Shown here: positions 56,279 through 64,000 of the stretch, piece after piece
Numbering within the stretch: the first letter of the stretch is position 1
How the letters are laid out: each line of letters begins with the position of its first letter
NCBI GenBank assembly: GCA_964513625.1
Contig: CAZENH010000032.1
Location: forward strand, 1-64,000
Direction: 5' to 3'
DNA length: 64,000 bases
Origin: an uncultured Myxococcales bacterium
Lineage (GTDB): Bacteria; Myxococcota; B64-G9
Position numbers and translations under genes: made by a program
Notes under the pieces: model-generated
What the model was told of the DNA's origin: nothing
Database searches by the model: none
What the model saw: the letters and a program-made list of their open reading frames with translations, nothing else

Positions 56279-57760
56279 TCAGTATCCAGACGAAGAAGAC
56301 GCGCCGGACGATGCAGACGATGAAGTCGTCGATCCGCTGACCGTCGTTGACGCAGCCGAGGCGCCGCTAGATAGAGAGCCTGCCGGGTTGAACATGGTAG
56401 TGGCCTTGCGAAGCCGCAAGATGGCCAGTTGAAGGTTCAACTCCTGTTGTGCTTCAGTCATTTCGGTAATGAAAAGCGAGGAGTTGGCCTCGAGCACTTC
56501 CAGATGCGTACTGGCGCCGGCGTTGAACGATGCCTTGGCGAGTTCGACTTGTTCCTTGGCCAGTTCGACCGCCCGATGGGCCTTGTGAAGATTTGCATCG
56601 GCCATCTCCGTCTTTAGCCATAACTGGCGGATCTCGCTAATTATCGACTGTTTGGTTTGTTCGATTTCGGCTCTTGCCTCGCGGATCTTGGACTTGGCCT
56701 CGTCAAGATAGGCATAACGCAGCCCGCCGTCATAAAGTGGGATGCTCAGCGTCAGTCCCACGTTCCAGGTCAGGTACTCGTTGGTGAAGCCCTTGACATC
56801 CGCCACTCTGAGCGTCCCGGTGGCCACCAGGGAAGGCAGAAAACGATACCAGGCATCCGCTTTGGCCTCTTCCGCCAGTTCAAGATTGAGATGGGCGGCG
56901 CTCAGATCACGGCGTTTGTCGATGGCCTGGGCGACGTACTGTTGCAGGTTTGTAGCCGGACGACTGGGTGGCTCGGGAGTCACAAGACTGAACTCCCGCC
57001 GCTCACCTATTAGCAGTTGGATGCTTTCCTTGGATAAATCCAGCGAGTTCTGCGCGCTTTTCAGGTCCTGTTCGGCCTGGTTGAGGGCAATCTCGGCACT
57101 GAGAGCGGTTATTTTGGGTGTATCACCGACTTCAAACTTGGCCCGCGCGACTTTCAGATGTTCAGCACGCACATCCACGGCATTTTTGGCGATGGCCACG
57201 AACTTCTTGGCGGTCAAGGCGCCGTAGTAGGCTACCTCCAACGTATATAGCAAGTAATCCGCTGTGTTCTCCGTATTGAGACTGGCGATGTCATAGCTTG
57301 TATATGCGCTCTTGATACTGGAGATTGCCCTTGCAAAAAACAAAGGCTGCGAAATCTGGCTATAGAAATTGAAAGAATCCTGTTTTTGAAGAGTTTGTGT
57401 CTCATATCTCGTAAAACAAAACCCTATGTCCGGATTCCATGCCGGTCCGCAAACTTCGGGGCTGGTACCGACTGACGAGAAGTCGGGAAAGGTCAGATCC
57501 ATGCCCGTGTTGTAGTGGGTGTAGGTACCTGTAGCAGTCCACTGGGGCTTGACCATCGTCCAGGCCTTGTCTATTAGCAGGTTTACCTGGTGAAGCTTCT
57601 CGCGTGTGGCAATAAGAGTCGGATTCGACTTCGCGGCAAGCGCCTTGGCTTCGGAAAGCGTCAAGGGTGGGGGAGCGGAGGCGGCTTCCGGCTGCTCGTC
57701 AGCGAATACTCCCAACGGGATATATGATATGATTATGATAAAAATCATGATTTTTCGCAT
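56279..57760 (-). CDS. TolC-family outer-membrane efflux protein
   Basis: Signal peptide, two OEP repeat halves with coiled-coil heptads, and a Ser/Gly/Thr-rich C-terminal tail. Confidence 0.78.
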   Translation of the reverse strand: MRKIMIFIIIISYIPLGVFADEQPEAASAPPPLTLSEAKALAAKSNPTLIATREKLHQVNLLIDKAWTMVKPQWTATGTYTHYNTGMDLTFPDFSSVGTSPEVCGPAWNPDIGFCFTRYETQTLQKQDSFNFYSQISQPLFFARAISSIKSAYTSYDIASLNTENTADYLLYTLEVAYYGALTAKKFVAIAKNAVDVRAEHLKVARAKFEVGDTPKITALSAEIALNQAEQDLKSAQNSLDLSKESIQLLIGERREFSLVTPEPPSRPATNLQQYVAQAIDKRRDLSAAHLNLELAEEAKADAWYRFLPSLVATGTLRVADVKGFTNEYLTWNVGLTLSIPLYDGGLRYAYLDEAKSKIREARAEIEQTKQSIISEIRQLWLKTEMADANLHKAHRAVELAKEQVELAKASFNAGASTHLEVLEANSSLFITEMTEAQQELNLQLAILRLRKATTMFNPAGSLSSGASAASTTVSGSTTSSSASSGASSSSGY

Positions 57761-57847
57761 GGATATTCTCCCGTTAGACAGTTGCGGCTAGGCATTTGAG
57801 AAGCCGTGATCTTTGCGATCGAGTCAAGTTTCATCGAGGGCTCTCAT

Positions 57848-57881
57848 GCAGCGGTTGTCGGCCTTGTCCCGCGCATTCTGC
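57848..57881 (+). promoter_or_regulatory. Copy 2 of the conserved 34-nt motif, upstream of cdnL
   Basis: tcggccttgtcccgcgcattctgcggggttagcc contains a 5-bp hairpin cccgc/gcggg. Confidence 0.3.
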
Positions 57882-58010
57882 GGGGTTAGCCATTCTAGAC
57901 CACTTGGGGCCGCTGTCAACAGTACTTTTTCATTTGACTTCAGATACCTTGATATGTTAAGGTCTCCAATCTCGAAGGTGTGCAAAGAAAACAAAAAAGA
58001 GGGAAAGTCG

Positions 58011-58499
58011 ATGCAGATAAGCTTCAGGGTGGGCGACAAGGCTGTCTATCCCGCCCACGGTGTGGGAGAGGTTGAAGGGATCGAGAAGCGTGAGATTCTC
58101 GGTTACAAGCAAGACGTCTATGTGCTCAGAATTCTTGATAACGGCATGCGCATCATGATTCCGACCGACAAGGTCGATTCTGTCGGGCTGCGGGGTGTCA
58201 TTTCCCGCAAGACGGTCAAGGATGTCTATAAGGTCTTGAGAGAGAAGGGTGTTACAGTAAAGAGCCAGACCTGGAATCGCCGCTATCGCGAGTACATGGA
58301 GAAGATCAAGACAGGTTCCATTTTTGACATTGCCGAGGTACTTAGAGATTTGTATTTACTCAAATTCGACAAGGATTTGAGCTTCGGCGAGCGTAAAATG
58401 CTCGATACGGCTCGCAATTTGCTTATCAAGGAAATCAGCATCGCCAAGAACTGCCGTGAAAAATTGGTGGAGCGGGAACTCGAAAAGATTTTCCACTGA
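58011..58499 (+). CDS. cdnL: CarD/CdnL-family RNA-polymerase-binding transcription factor
   Basis: FRVGDKAVYPAHGVGEVEGIE is the RNAP-interacting Tudor-like N-terminus, and the C-terminal helical domain is present. GAGGGAAAG RBS. Confidence 0.85.
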   Translation: MQISFRVGDKAVYPAHGVGEVEGIEKREILGYKQDVYVLRILDNGMRIMIPTDKVDSVGLRGVISRKTVKDVYKVLREKGVTVKSQTWNRRYREYMEKIKTGSIFDIAEVLRDLYLLKFDKDLSFGERKMLDTARNLLIKEISIAKNCREKLVERELEKIFH

Positions 58500-58641
58500 T
58501 TCATCACTTTTTACTTCCTGGTAGAAACAATCAAACTCGTCCGTCGGATATCCCATCTTGGGCAATATCCTGAAGCTCTTGCAATGCGAGGCAAGTTGGA
58601 GATACCGTTATTCAATCTAACCCGGATCAAAGGAGGATGTC

Positions 58642-58965
58642 ATGCGCAAGATGGTGATAGTATTATTGGCTCTTTCGCTGTCGCTGCTGTCAGGAGCGGC
58701 CCTGGCAGGCAAGGTCGGATCGGATTGCAGCTTCAAGGGCAAGAAACTCTACGGCAAGATACAGTTCGTCAACTCGTTTCCCGACATCAAGGTGCAGATC
58801 GTCAACTCCTTTCCAGATCTGAAAGTGCAGCAGGTGAGTTCTTTCCCGGATAAGTGCGGCAAGTGGCAGATCGTCAGCTCTTTCCCTGATATCAAGATCC
58901 AGATTGTCAACTCGTTCCCGGACATCAAGATCCAGTACGTCAACTCGTTTCCTGGACTTCCCTGA
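58642..58965 (+). CDS. Small secreted protein made of tandem VNSFPDIKxQ decapeptide repeats
   Basis: AAAGGAGG RBS and a signal peptide MRKMVIVLLALSLSLLSGAALA. There are 6-7 copies of (Q/I)(V/F)(V/S)(N/S)SFPD(I/L/K)K(V/I)Q, and the nucleotide repeats are near-identical. Confidence 0.6.
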   Translation: MRKMVIVLLALSLSLLSGAALAGKVGSDCSFKGKKLYGKIQFVNSFPDIKVQIVNSFPDLKVQQVSSFPDKCGKWQIVSSFPDIKIQIVNSFPDIKIQYVNSFPGLP

Positions 58966-58985
58966 TAGTAGTCTGGTAGCTGGTC

Positions 58986-59555
58986 TTATTTTACCCGCTC
59001 CGAGAACTTTCCATCCTTGGTCGAAATTCGGATGACGTCGCCCGCTTCGATATATAGCGGGACTTGTACACGCAGGCCGTTCGCCAGCGTGGCCGGTTTG
59101 GTGGCCGAGCCCTGAACGGTGTCTCCCTTGGTTCCCGGCTCCACCTCGGTCACCTCGAATTCAACAGTCACCGGTAACTCGAGATCGAGAACCTTGCCAT
59201 CGAAGAAGAGAGCCTTGCACTCCAGTCCGTCGGTGACGTAGCAGGCCTTGTCCTGTATTTCGTCCTTGCGGATGGTAAACTGCTCGAATGTCACCATATC
59301 CATGAAAACCAGGCCGTCGCCCTCGTCATAGAGGAACTGAATGTTCTTCTTGTCCAGGTCGGGCTCGTCGAACTTCTCGCCTGACTTGAAGCTCTTATCG
59401 AACACCTGGTCGGTTCGCAGATTGCGCACTTTGATCTTGACCAGGGTGGCGGCACCGCGGGCCGAGGGTGTCTGGGTCTGAGTTTCCATGATGACATAGG
59501 GGTCACCATCCATAAGAATTCGAACACCCTTCTTGAAATCCGACGTGGTTATCAC
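58986..59555 (-). CDS. efp: Elongation factor P
   Basis: MITTSDFKKGVRILMDGDPYVIMETQTQTPSARGAATLVKIKVRNL is typical EF-P, including the conserved loop. Confidence 0.9.
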   Translation of the reverse strand: MITTSDFKKGVRILMDGDPYVIMETQTQTPSARGAATLVKIKVRNLRTDQVFDKSFKSGEKFDEPDLDKKNIQFLYDEGDGLVFMDMVTFEQFTIRKDEIQDKACYVTDGLECKALFFDGKVLDLELPVTVEFEVTEVEPGTKGDTVQGSATKPATLANGLRVQVPLYIEAGDVIRISTKDGKFSERVK

Positions 59556-59658
59556 AGCCAGCCTCCCTGTACATCGTGACTTGCCAAACGGTCGAAAAGA
59601 TACATTGACTGATGCCTTGCGTCAATTACAAATAGCGCGGTAGCCTAACTTTCAAAGC

Positions 59659-60375
59659 ATGAGCAACAAGATACAAAAGCAGCCTGCCTCCCGCCGGGAT
59701 TTTCTCGGCCACCTGATTCTGACCGCGCCCTTGTTTCTGACATACCACTTGGGTCTGCTGGTAAGTCCCAGGGCCGCCAACGGCGCTGATCCGTTCACAC
59801 GAACCATGGGCAGCCTGGCGGGACTCAGCCGTCTGGGCTATTTAGCGATTATGTTGATCTTGATCTTTGCCTACTCTACATGGGTCAAGCGCTTGGCACG
59901 TCACAAGAAGTTTGACGCCCGGAGATTCCCGCTGGTGCTTCTGGAGAGCGCAGCCTACGCCCTGGTCATGGGGCCGCTGGCCGGGCTGCTGCTGTCCAAA
60001 CTGCATCTCCTTGGTGGAGCGTTGGTTGCCATGGGTCCTGTGGACAGGGTGATCGCATCGGCCGGGGCTGGATTCTACGAAGAGCTGATCTTCAGAGTGG
60101 CCGGGATCGCCCTGATTGTCTGGCTGCTCGGCCTGCGCAAGAAGAAGTTGAGTACTCGCCCGACGATGATCATCGCGGTCGTATTAAGCTCGCTCGTTTT
60201 CTCAGTGGCTCACTACCTGGGACCCGGGGCTGATTCCTTTGGGCTGGCAAGCTTTTCTTTCAGGTTCGTGCTGGGGTGCATGCTTGCGGCCATATATCTA
60301 CTGCGTGGGTTTGCTACTGCCGCATACGCTCATTTCTTCTACGATATATACGTCCTGTTGTTCTTGTTGCCATGA
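59659..60375 (+). CDS. CPBP-family (CAAX) intramembrane metalloprotease
   Basis: Multiple TM helices with EELIFR and SxxxH (FSVAHYL) motifs. Confidence 0.7.
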   Translation: MSNKIQKQPASRRDFLGHLILTAPLFLTYHLGLLVSPRAANGADPFTRTMGSLAGLSRLGYLAIMLILIFAYSTWVKRLARHKKFDARRFPLVLLESAAYALVMGPLAGLLLSKLHLLGGALVAMGPVDRVIASAGAGFYEELIFRVAGIALIVWLLGLRKKKLSTRPTMIIAVVLSSLVFSVAHYLGPGADSFGLASFSFRFVLGCMLAAIYLLRGFATAAYAHFFYDIYVLLFLLP

Positions 60376-60424
60376 GGACCAATTTTTGACAGGTTGGTAG
60401 TGCCGGGAGTAAATAGTATCTTAT

Positions 60425-62926
60425 ATGCTGAAAAAGACTCTCATCGCTATCGCGTTGCTCTTGTTTGCCTTGGGAGTGATGGCCACAATTGATCTCCCCA
60501 ATCAACAACCACGTTTGCCGGTCGCGCTGGGCGGTCAATCTGGGCTGGAAGTAGTAGGTCCTAGTTCCGATTTTCCATCGCATGACCACGATCTGCGGGT
60601 GGGCGATAAGATCGTCTCGATCGGAGACAAAAGTGTATCCGGTGCTGACTTTTTGAACTTTATCCTCGACGGTATGCGGGTCGGTCAGCGGGTGACGCTG
60701 CAAATCGATCGGGAAGGTGTCATCGAAAAGGCGCAGGCTACCTTGGTACCCTTCCTGACCGATCGCTTGCTGCTGATCAATGCGATTGTCGCACTGTGGA
60801 TCTGGTTTTTTGGTATGATAATTCTCTCAAAAGGAGCAGGCGACAAAAGCGTTCTTCTGTTTTTCGGCATGGCCATGACACTCTCGACCGTCATGGCAGT
60901 CTACTGGCCCGAAAACAAGCTGTGCCTGCCATGGGGTGACCGCCTGTGCTGGTTTTTATCAAACGGTTTTTACCCTTTCACTGTAGCGCTGGTGCTGCAC
61001 TTCGCCATCTACTTCCCTGAAAAGAGCGGGGGCCTGGCGCGACGCTTGGTTCCCTATCTGTATATTCCGACAGTCGCCATCGCCGCCTGGTTGATCGTGT
61101 CGGTGGCCCGGGCGCGTTCGTCCTTGGCGATAGCCGATTTTACAAACTACCAGACGGCCTTTTCGGTGTTTCGGGTCTACCTGGCTGTCTACTTCATTGC
61201 CGGTCCGATAATCTGGATTTTCAAGTACAAGCGCACGCGCCAGTATGTAACGCGCCAGAGATTGAAATGGCTGATCTGGGGATTCACGGTGGGTATAGCG
61301 CCGCACGTGCTCCTGAATGAGTTGCCCAAGGGCTTGGGTTTCAGGCCAATCCTGCCGGAAGAGATAACCTATATCTGTGCGCTGTTCTCTGCGACGGCCG
61401 TACTGATCGGGGTGGCGCGCTACCGCCTGCTGGACGTCGATCTGGTGATCAACAAGTCGCTGGTGTATTCCTCTTTGACGTTGTTCGTAGTGGGGGCCTA
61501 CCTGTTGCTGGTTGGATTGGGCGACTACCTGATGGCCGGATGGCTGCACGGCGAAACGGGCTGGGTGCGAGTGGGTGCAATCTTGCTGCTGGCCGCGATA
61601 TTTGCCCCGGCCCAGAACTTGGCCCAGACCTTTGTTGACAAGGTCTTCTTCCGTAGTCGCTACGATCAGCGCCTGGCTTTGATGGACTACAGCCGGGATC
61701 TGGCGCATACCATAGACATAGGCGAGCTGGCCGAAAAGCTCTCGGGGCTTTTTGACAGGGTTATCCCAAACGAGAGCCTGGTTGTATTCGCCGGTGCCGA
61801 TGACGGGAAGACCATGGTGGAGATCTTTGCCAGTGTGAACGCGCCGTCAAGCGGCACTGCTCGGCTGGATGACGCGCTGCTCGAGACGCTGGGCGTAGTG
61901 GGCAGAAATAGCTCGTTCTTGGCGCCGCCGGGTGCTTCCGGCCTGAATGCCGAGGTACTGGTGCCGCTCAGGGCGGAAGAACGCCTGGTTGGATTGATTG
62001 CATTTGGAACGAAACGGTCGGGCCTGGTGTACGGCGAGGAAGACCTTCATTTCATAGACGCTGTGGCAGATCAGACGGCGGTGGCTTTCGAAAGGGCCCG
62101 GGCCTTCAAGATAATAAAAGATCTCAATGTTTCACTGGAACAAAGAGTCTATGAGCGAACGGCGCAGTTGGCCGAAGTCAACGATCGCCTTGTTGAACAG
62201 TATCACAAGCTCAAGGAACTCGATGAGATGAAGGAGGCCATGACCAGGATGATCGTGCACGATCTGCGCAATCCGGTCTCCACCATAATGCTGGGACTAG
62301 ATTTTCTCGATCGTGACGATGTCGGCGGCATGGACCAGGAAGTGCGTCACGCCCTCGAGGTCATCAGGAACACAGCCGGCGAGATGAAGGATCTGATCTC
62401 CGACCTGCTCGATATCGCAAGGCTGGAGTCCGGAAAACTGTCTTTGGAGAAACAGGTCGTGCCTGTCGGCACCCTGGTCGAGGATAGTGCCAAGCGGTTG
62501 AAGGTCATGGCCCACGCTCGTGAGGTCGAGATCCTGGCAGAAGTCGGGGACGACGTTAATGTCGATGTCGACGTGGTTCTAATGACCCGGGTGCTGGTCA
62601 ACCTGCTGGCCAATGCGATCAAGTTTTCGAGTCGCAAGAGCGTGATAGAGTTGTCAACACGCGTTCTCGGAGAAGATGGCGACAGGCAAGTCTGCCTGGA
62701 CGTGACCAACACTGGGCCGATCATTCCGGACGAGTTGCACGAGAAGATTTTCGAGAAGTTTTTTCAGGCCAAGAGCGGTAGCGCTGGTTTCAAGGGCATC
62801 GGTCTGGGGCTGGCTTTCTGCAAGATGGTGGTGCAGGCTCACGAAGGCCGCATTGAACTTCGCTCTCCCGCCCCCGGCCGGAAAGATGGCGCCAGGTTCA
62901 GCGCCATACTCGCCTGCATAACCTGA
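60425..62926 (+). CDS. Sensor histidine kinase: periplasmic PDZ domain, multi-pass membrane domain, GAF, HisKA, HATPase
   Basis: PDZ-like (LRVGDKIVSIGDK...VTLQIDREG) and about 6 TM helices. GAF region. H-box MIVHDLRNPVSTI. N/G boxes LLANAIKFS and GIGLGLAFC. Confidence 0.8.
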   Translation: MLKKTLIAIALLLFALGVMATIDLPNQQPRLPVALGGQSGLEVVGPSSDFPSHDHDLRVGDKIVSIGDKSVSGADFLNFILDGMRVGQRVTLQIDREGVIEKAQATLVPFLTDRLLLINAIVALWIWFFGMIILSKGAGDKSVLLFFGMAMTLSTVMAVYWPENKLCLPWGDRLCWFLSNGFYPFTVALVLHFAIYFPEKSGGLARRLVPYLYIPTVAIAAWLIVSVARARSSLAIADFTNYQTAFSVFRVYLAVYFIAGPIIWIFKYKRTRQYVTRQRLKWLIWGFTVGIAPHVLLNELPKGLGFRPILPEEITYICALFSATAVLIGVARYRLLDVDLVINKSLVYSSLTLFVVGAYLLLVGLGDYLMAGWLHGETGWVRVGAILLLAAIFAPAQNLAQTFVDKVFFRSRYDQRLALMDYSRDLAHTIDIGELAEKLSGLFDRVIPNESLVVFAGADDGKTMVEIFASVNAPSSGTARLDDALLETLGVVGRNSSFLAPPGASGLNAEVLVPLRAEERLVGLIAFGTKRSGLVYGEEDLHFIDAVADQTAVAFERARAFKIIKDLNVSLEQRVYERTAQLAEVNDRLVEQYHKLKELDEMKEAMTRMIVHDLRNPVSTIMLGLDFLDRDDVGGMDQEVRHALEVIRNTAGEMKDLISDLLDIARLESGKLSLEKQVVPVGTLVEDSAKRLKVMAHAREVEILAEVGDDVNVDVDVVLMTRVLVNLLANAIKFSSRKSVIELSTRVLGEDGDRQVCLDVTNTGPIIPDELHEKIFEKFFQAKSGSAGFKGIGLGLAFCKMVVQAHEGRIELRSPAPGRKDGARFSAILACIT

Positions 62927-62952
62927 TGTCCGGGATCCTACAAGGAGCACAG

Positions 62953-64000
62953 GTGGTGAAAAAACTGACCAGTGTCGATCCAGAAGTTCTAGCCGAGATC
63001 AAAAAACTGCGAGAGGATTTTCATAGTCACCCCGAATTGGCCTTTAAAGAGGTTCGGACATCGCGTATTATCTGCGACTTCCTCGAACGTGTGGGAGTCG
63101 AAGTCATCACTCGCGGGGCGGCAGGGACTGGCGTTGTGGGCCTGTTGCGCGGCAACCATCCCGGACCCTGCCTGGCTCTGCGAGCCGACATGGATGCGCT
63201 GCCGCTCGAAGAACAGAGCGGGCTTGGCTACAGTTCACAGAACCCAGGCGTGATGCATGCCTGCGGTCATGACGGACACATGGCCGTTTTGCTGGGGGCG
63301 GCGCATCTGTTGGCCGGAATGCGAGGGCAACTTTCCGGATGCGTCAAGTTCATTTTCCAGCCGGGAGAGGAACACGGCAACGGCGCCAAGCGCATGATCG
63401 AGGCGGGAGTGCTTACCGAAGAGCCGGCGATCGAAGCCATCTTCGCCTTGCATGCGCGTCACCAGATTGGCGTCGGCCAGATCGAACTCGATCCCGTGCC
63501 CGGAGCAGCAACGGATCCTTTCGTGTTGCGAGTGATCGGGCGTGGCACTCATGCCGCTTACCCGCACCTGGGGATCGATCCTATTGTAATTGGCTCACAG
63601 ATTGTTTGCGCACTACAGCAAGTTGTGGCCCGGCGGGTAGCTCCGGGCACCGCGGCTATTGTGAGCGTGGGCTCATTCCAGGCGGGTCAGAGCGGAAATA
63701 TTATTCCAGGGCAGGCGATTCTGAAGGGAACCATTCGCACCCGTGAGCCCGATGTCCGCAAGAACGTTGTCGAGGCGGTACGCGTACTGGCCGATGAAAT
63801 TGCGCGGGCGCTCGGGGGAGAATGCCGGGTGGAGATCGAAGAAGGGACTCCACGCCTGCGTAACGATCCCGAGTTGATGGATCTTGTTGCCGGCGTGGGT
63901 ATGGAAACCCTGGGCGAGCATAACGTGTTCAGACGCTCGCAGCTCACGATGGGAGCTGAAGATTTTTCGTTCTACCTCGAAGAACAGGGCGGTGTTCCCG
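62953..64000 (+). CDS. M20D-family amidohydrolase (hippurate hydrolase/aminoacylase-like), 3' truncated by window end
   Basis: GTG start after AAGGAG. Metal-binding motifs MHACGHDGH and FQPGEE are present. It continues past position 64000. Confidence 0.8.
   Translation, partial: MVKKLTSVDPEVLAEIKKLREDFHSHPELAFKEVRTSRIICDFLERVGVEVITRGAAGTGVVGLLRGNHPGPCLALRADMDALPLEEQSGLGYSSQNPGVMHACGHDGHMAVLLGAAHLLAGMRGQLSGCVKFIFQPGEEHGNGAKRMIEAGVLTEEPAIEAIFALHARHQIGVGQIELDPVPGAATDPFVLRVIGRGTHAAYPHLGIDPIVIGSQIVCALQQVVARRVAPGTAAIVSVGSFQAGQSGNIIPGQAILKGTIRTREPDVRKNVVEAVRVLADEIARALGGECRVEIEEGTPRLRNDPELMDLVAGVGMETLGEHNVFRRSQLTMGAEDFSFYLEEQGGVP

Noticed and set aside
58749-58943. 64-aa minus-strand ORF with LTICTLMSGNELT repeats
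   Set aside because: It is the antisense reading of the VNSFPDIK repeat gene. The sense ORF has an RBS and a signal peptide.
1-64000. CRISPR arrays, IS elements, integrases, toxin-antitoxin pairs
   Set aside because: No direct-repeat/spacer architecture, transposase or integrase motifs were seen. The only periodic DNA lies inside two coding genes.

Overview
This is a high-GC (about 65%) bacterial chromosomal segment with dense gene packing. The gene content points to Myxococcota or a related delta-proteobacterial lineage: an AgmX/PglI C-terminal domain on a Ser/Thr kinase, a Myxococcus-type cysteine-rich (disulfide) repeat, and many FecR, PEGA and carboxypeptidase-regulatory-like envelope proteins.

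Housekeeping content:
- A tRNA cluster (Arg-TCG, Lys-CTT, His-GTG) on the minus strand at the left edge.
- asd, truA, rplM-rpsI, pyrG, an LpxL-like acyltransferase, lptC-like/lptA/lptB, rpoN, hpf, ptsN, rapZ, an EIIA(Man)-ptsH-ptsI regulatory PTS cluster, metK, uppP, efp, a cdnL/carD-like regulator, a NUDIX CoA pyrophosphatase, a mannose-1-P guanylyltransferase, a TolC-like outer-membrane protein, a PDZ/GAF histidine kinase, and an HD-GYP gene with a receiver-domain gene.

Accessory content is a large block of secreted and envelope proteins:
- A 2527-aa thioester-less alpha-2-macroglobulin-like protein flanked by TPR modules.
- An OmpA-family protein.
- FecR-domain and PEGA-domain lipoproteins.
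- A 1825-aa protein built from about 21 tandem ~53-aa cysteine-rich repeats plus pre-peptidase-like domains, a Myxococcus cysteine-rich repeat and a C-terminal proprotein-convertase P-domain.
- A second secreted protein with two P-domains.
- A protein combining a CFxATAAYGS...LRxFRD motif with a C-terminal beta-barrel-like domain ending in Phe.
- A tiny secreted protein made of VNSFPDIKxQ decapeptide repeats.

Regulatory observations:
- Two near-consensus sigma-54 (-24/-12) promoters sit directly upstream of two of these secreted-protein genes, in a window that also encodes rpoN.
- A 34-nt motif (31/34 identical) recurs upstream of hpf and of the cdnL/carD-like gene.
- A 45-codon hydrophobic uORF and a near-consensus sigma-70 promoter lie upstream of rplM.

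No CRISPR array, IS element or integrase was seen.
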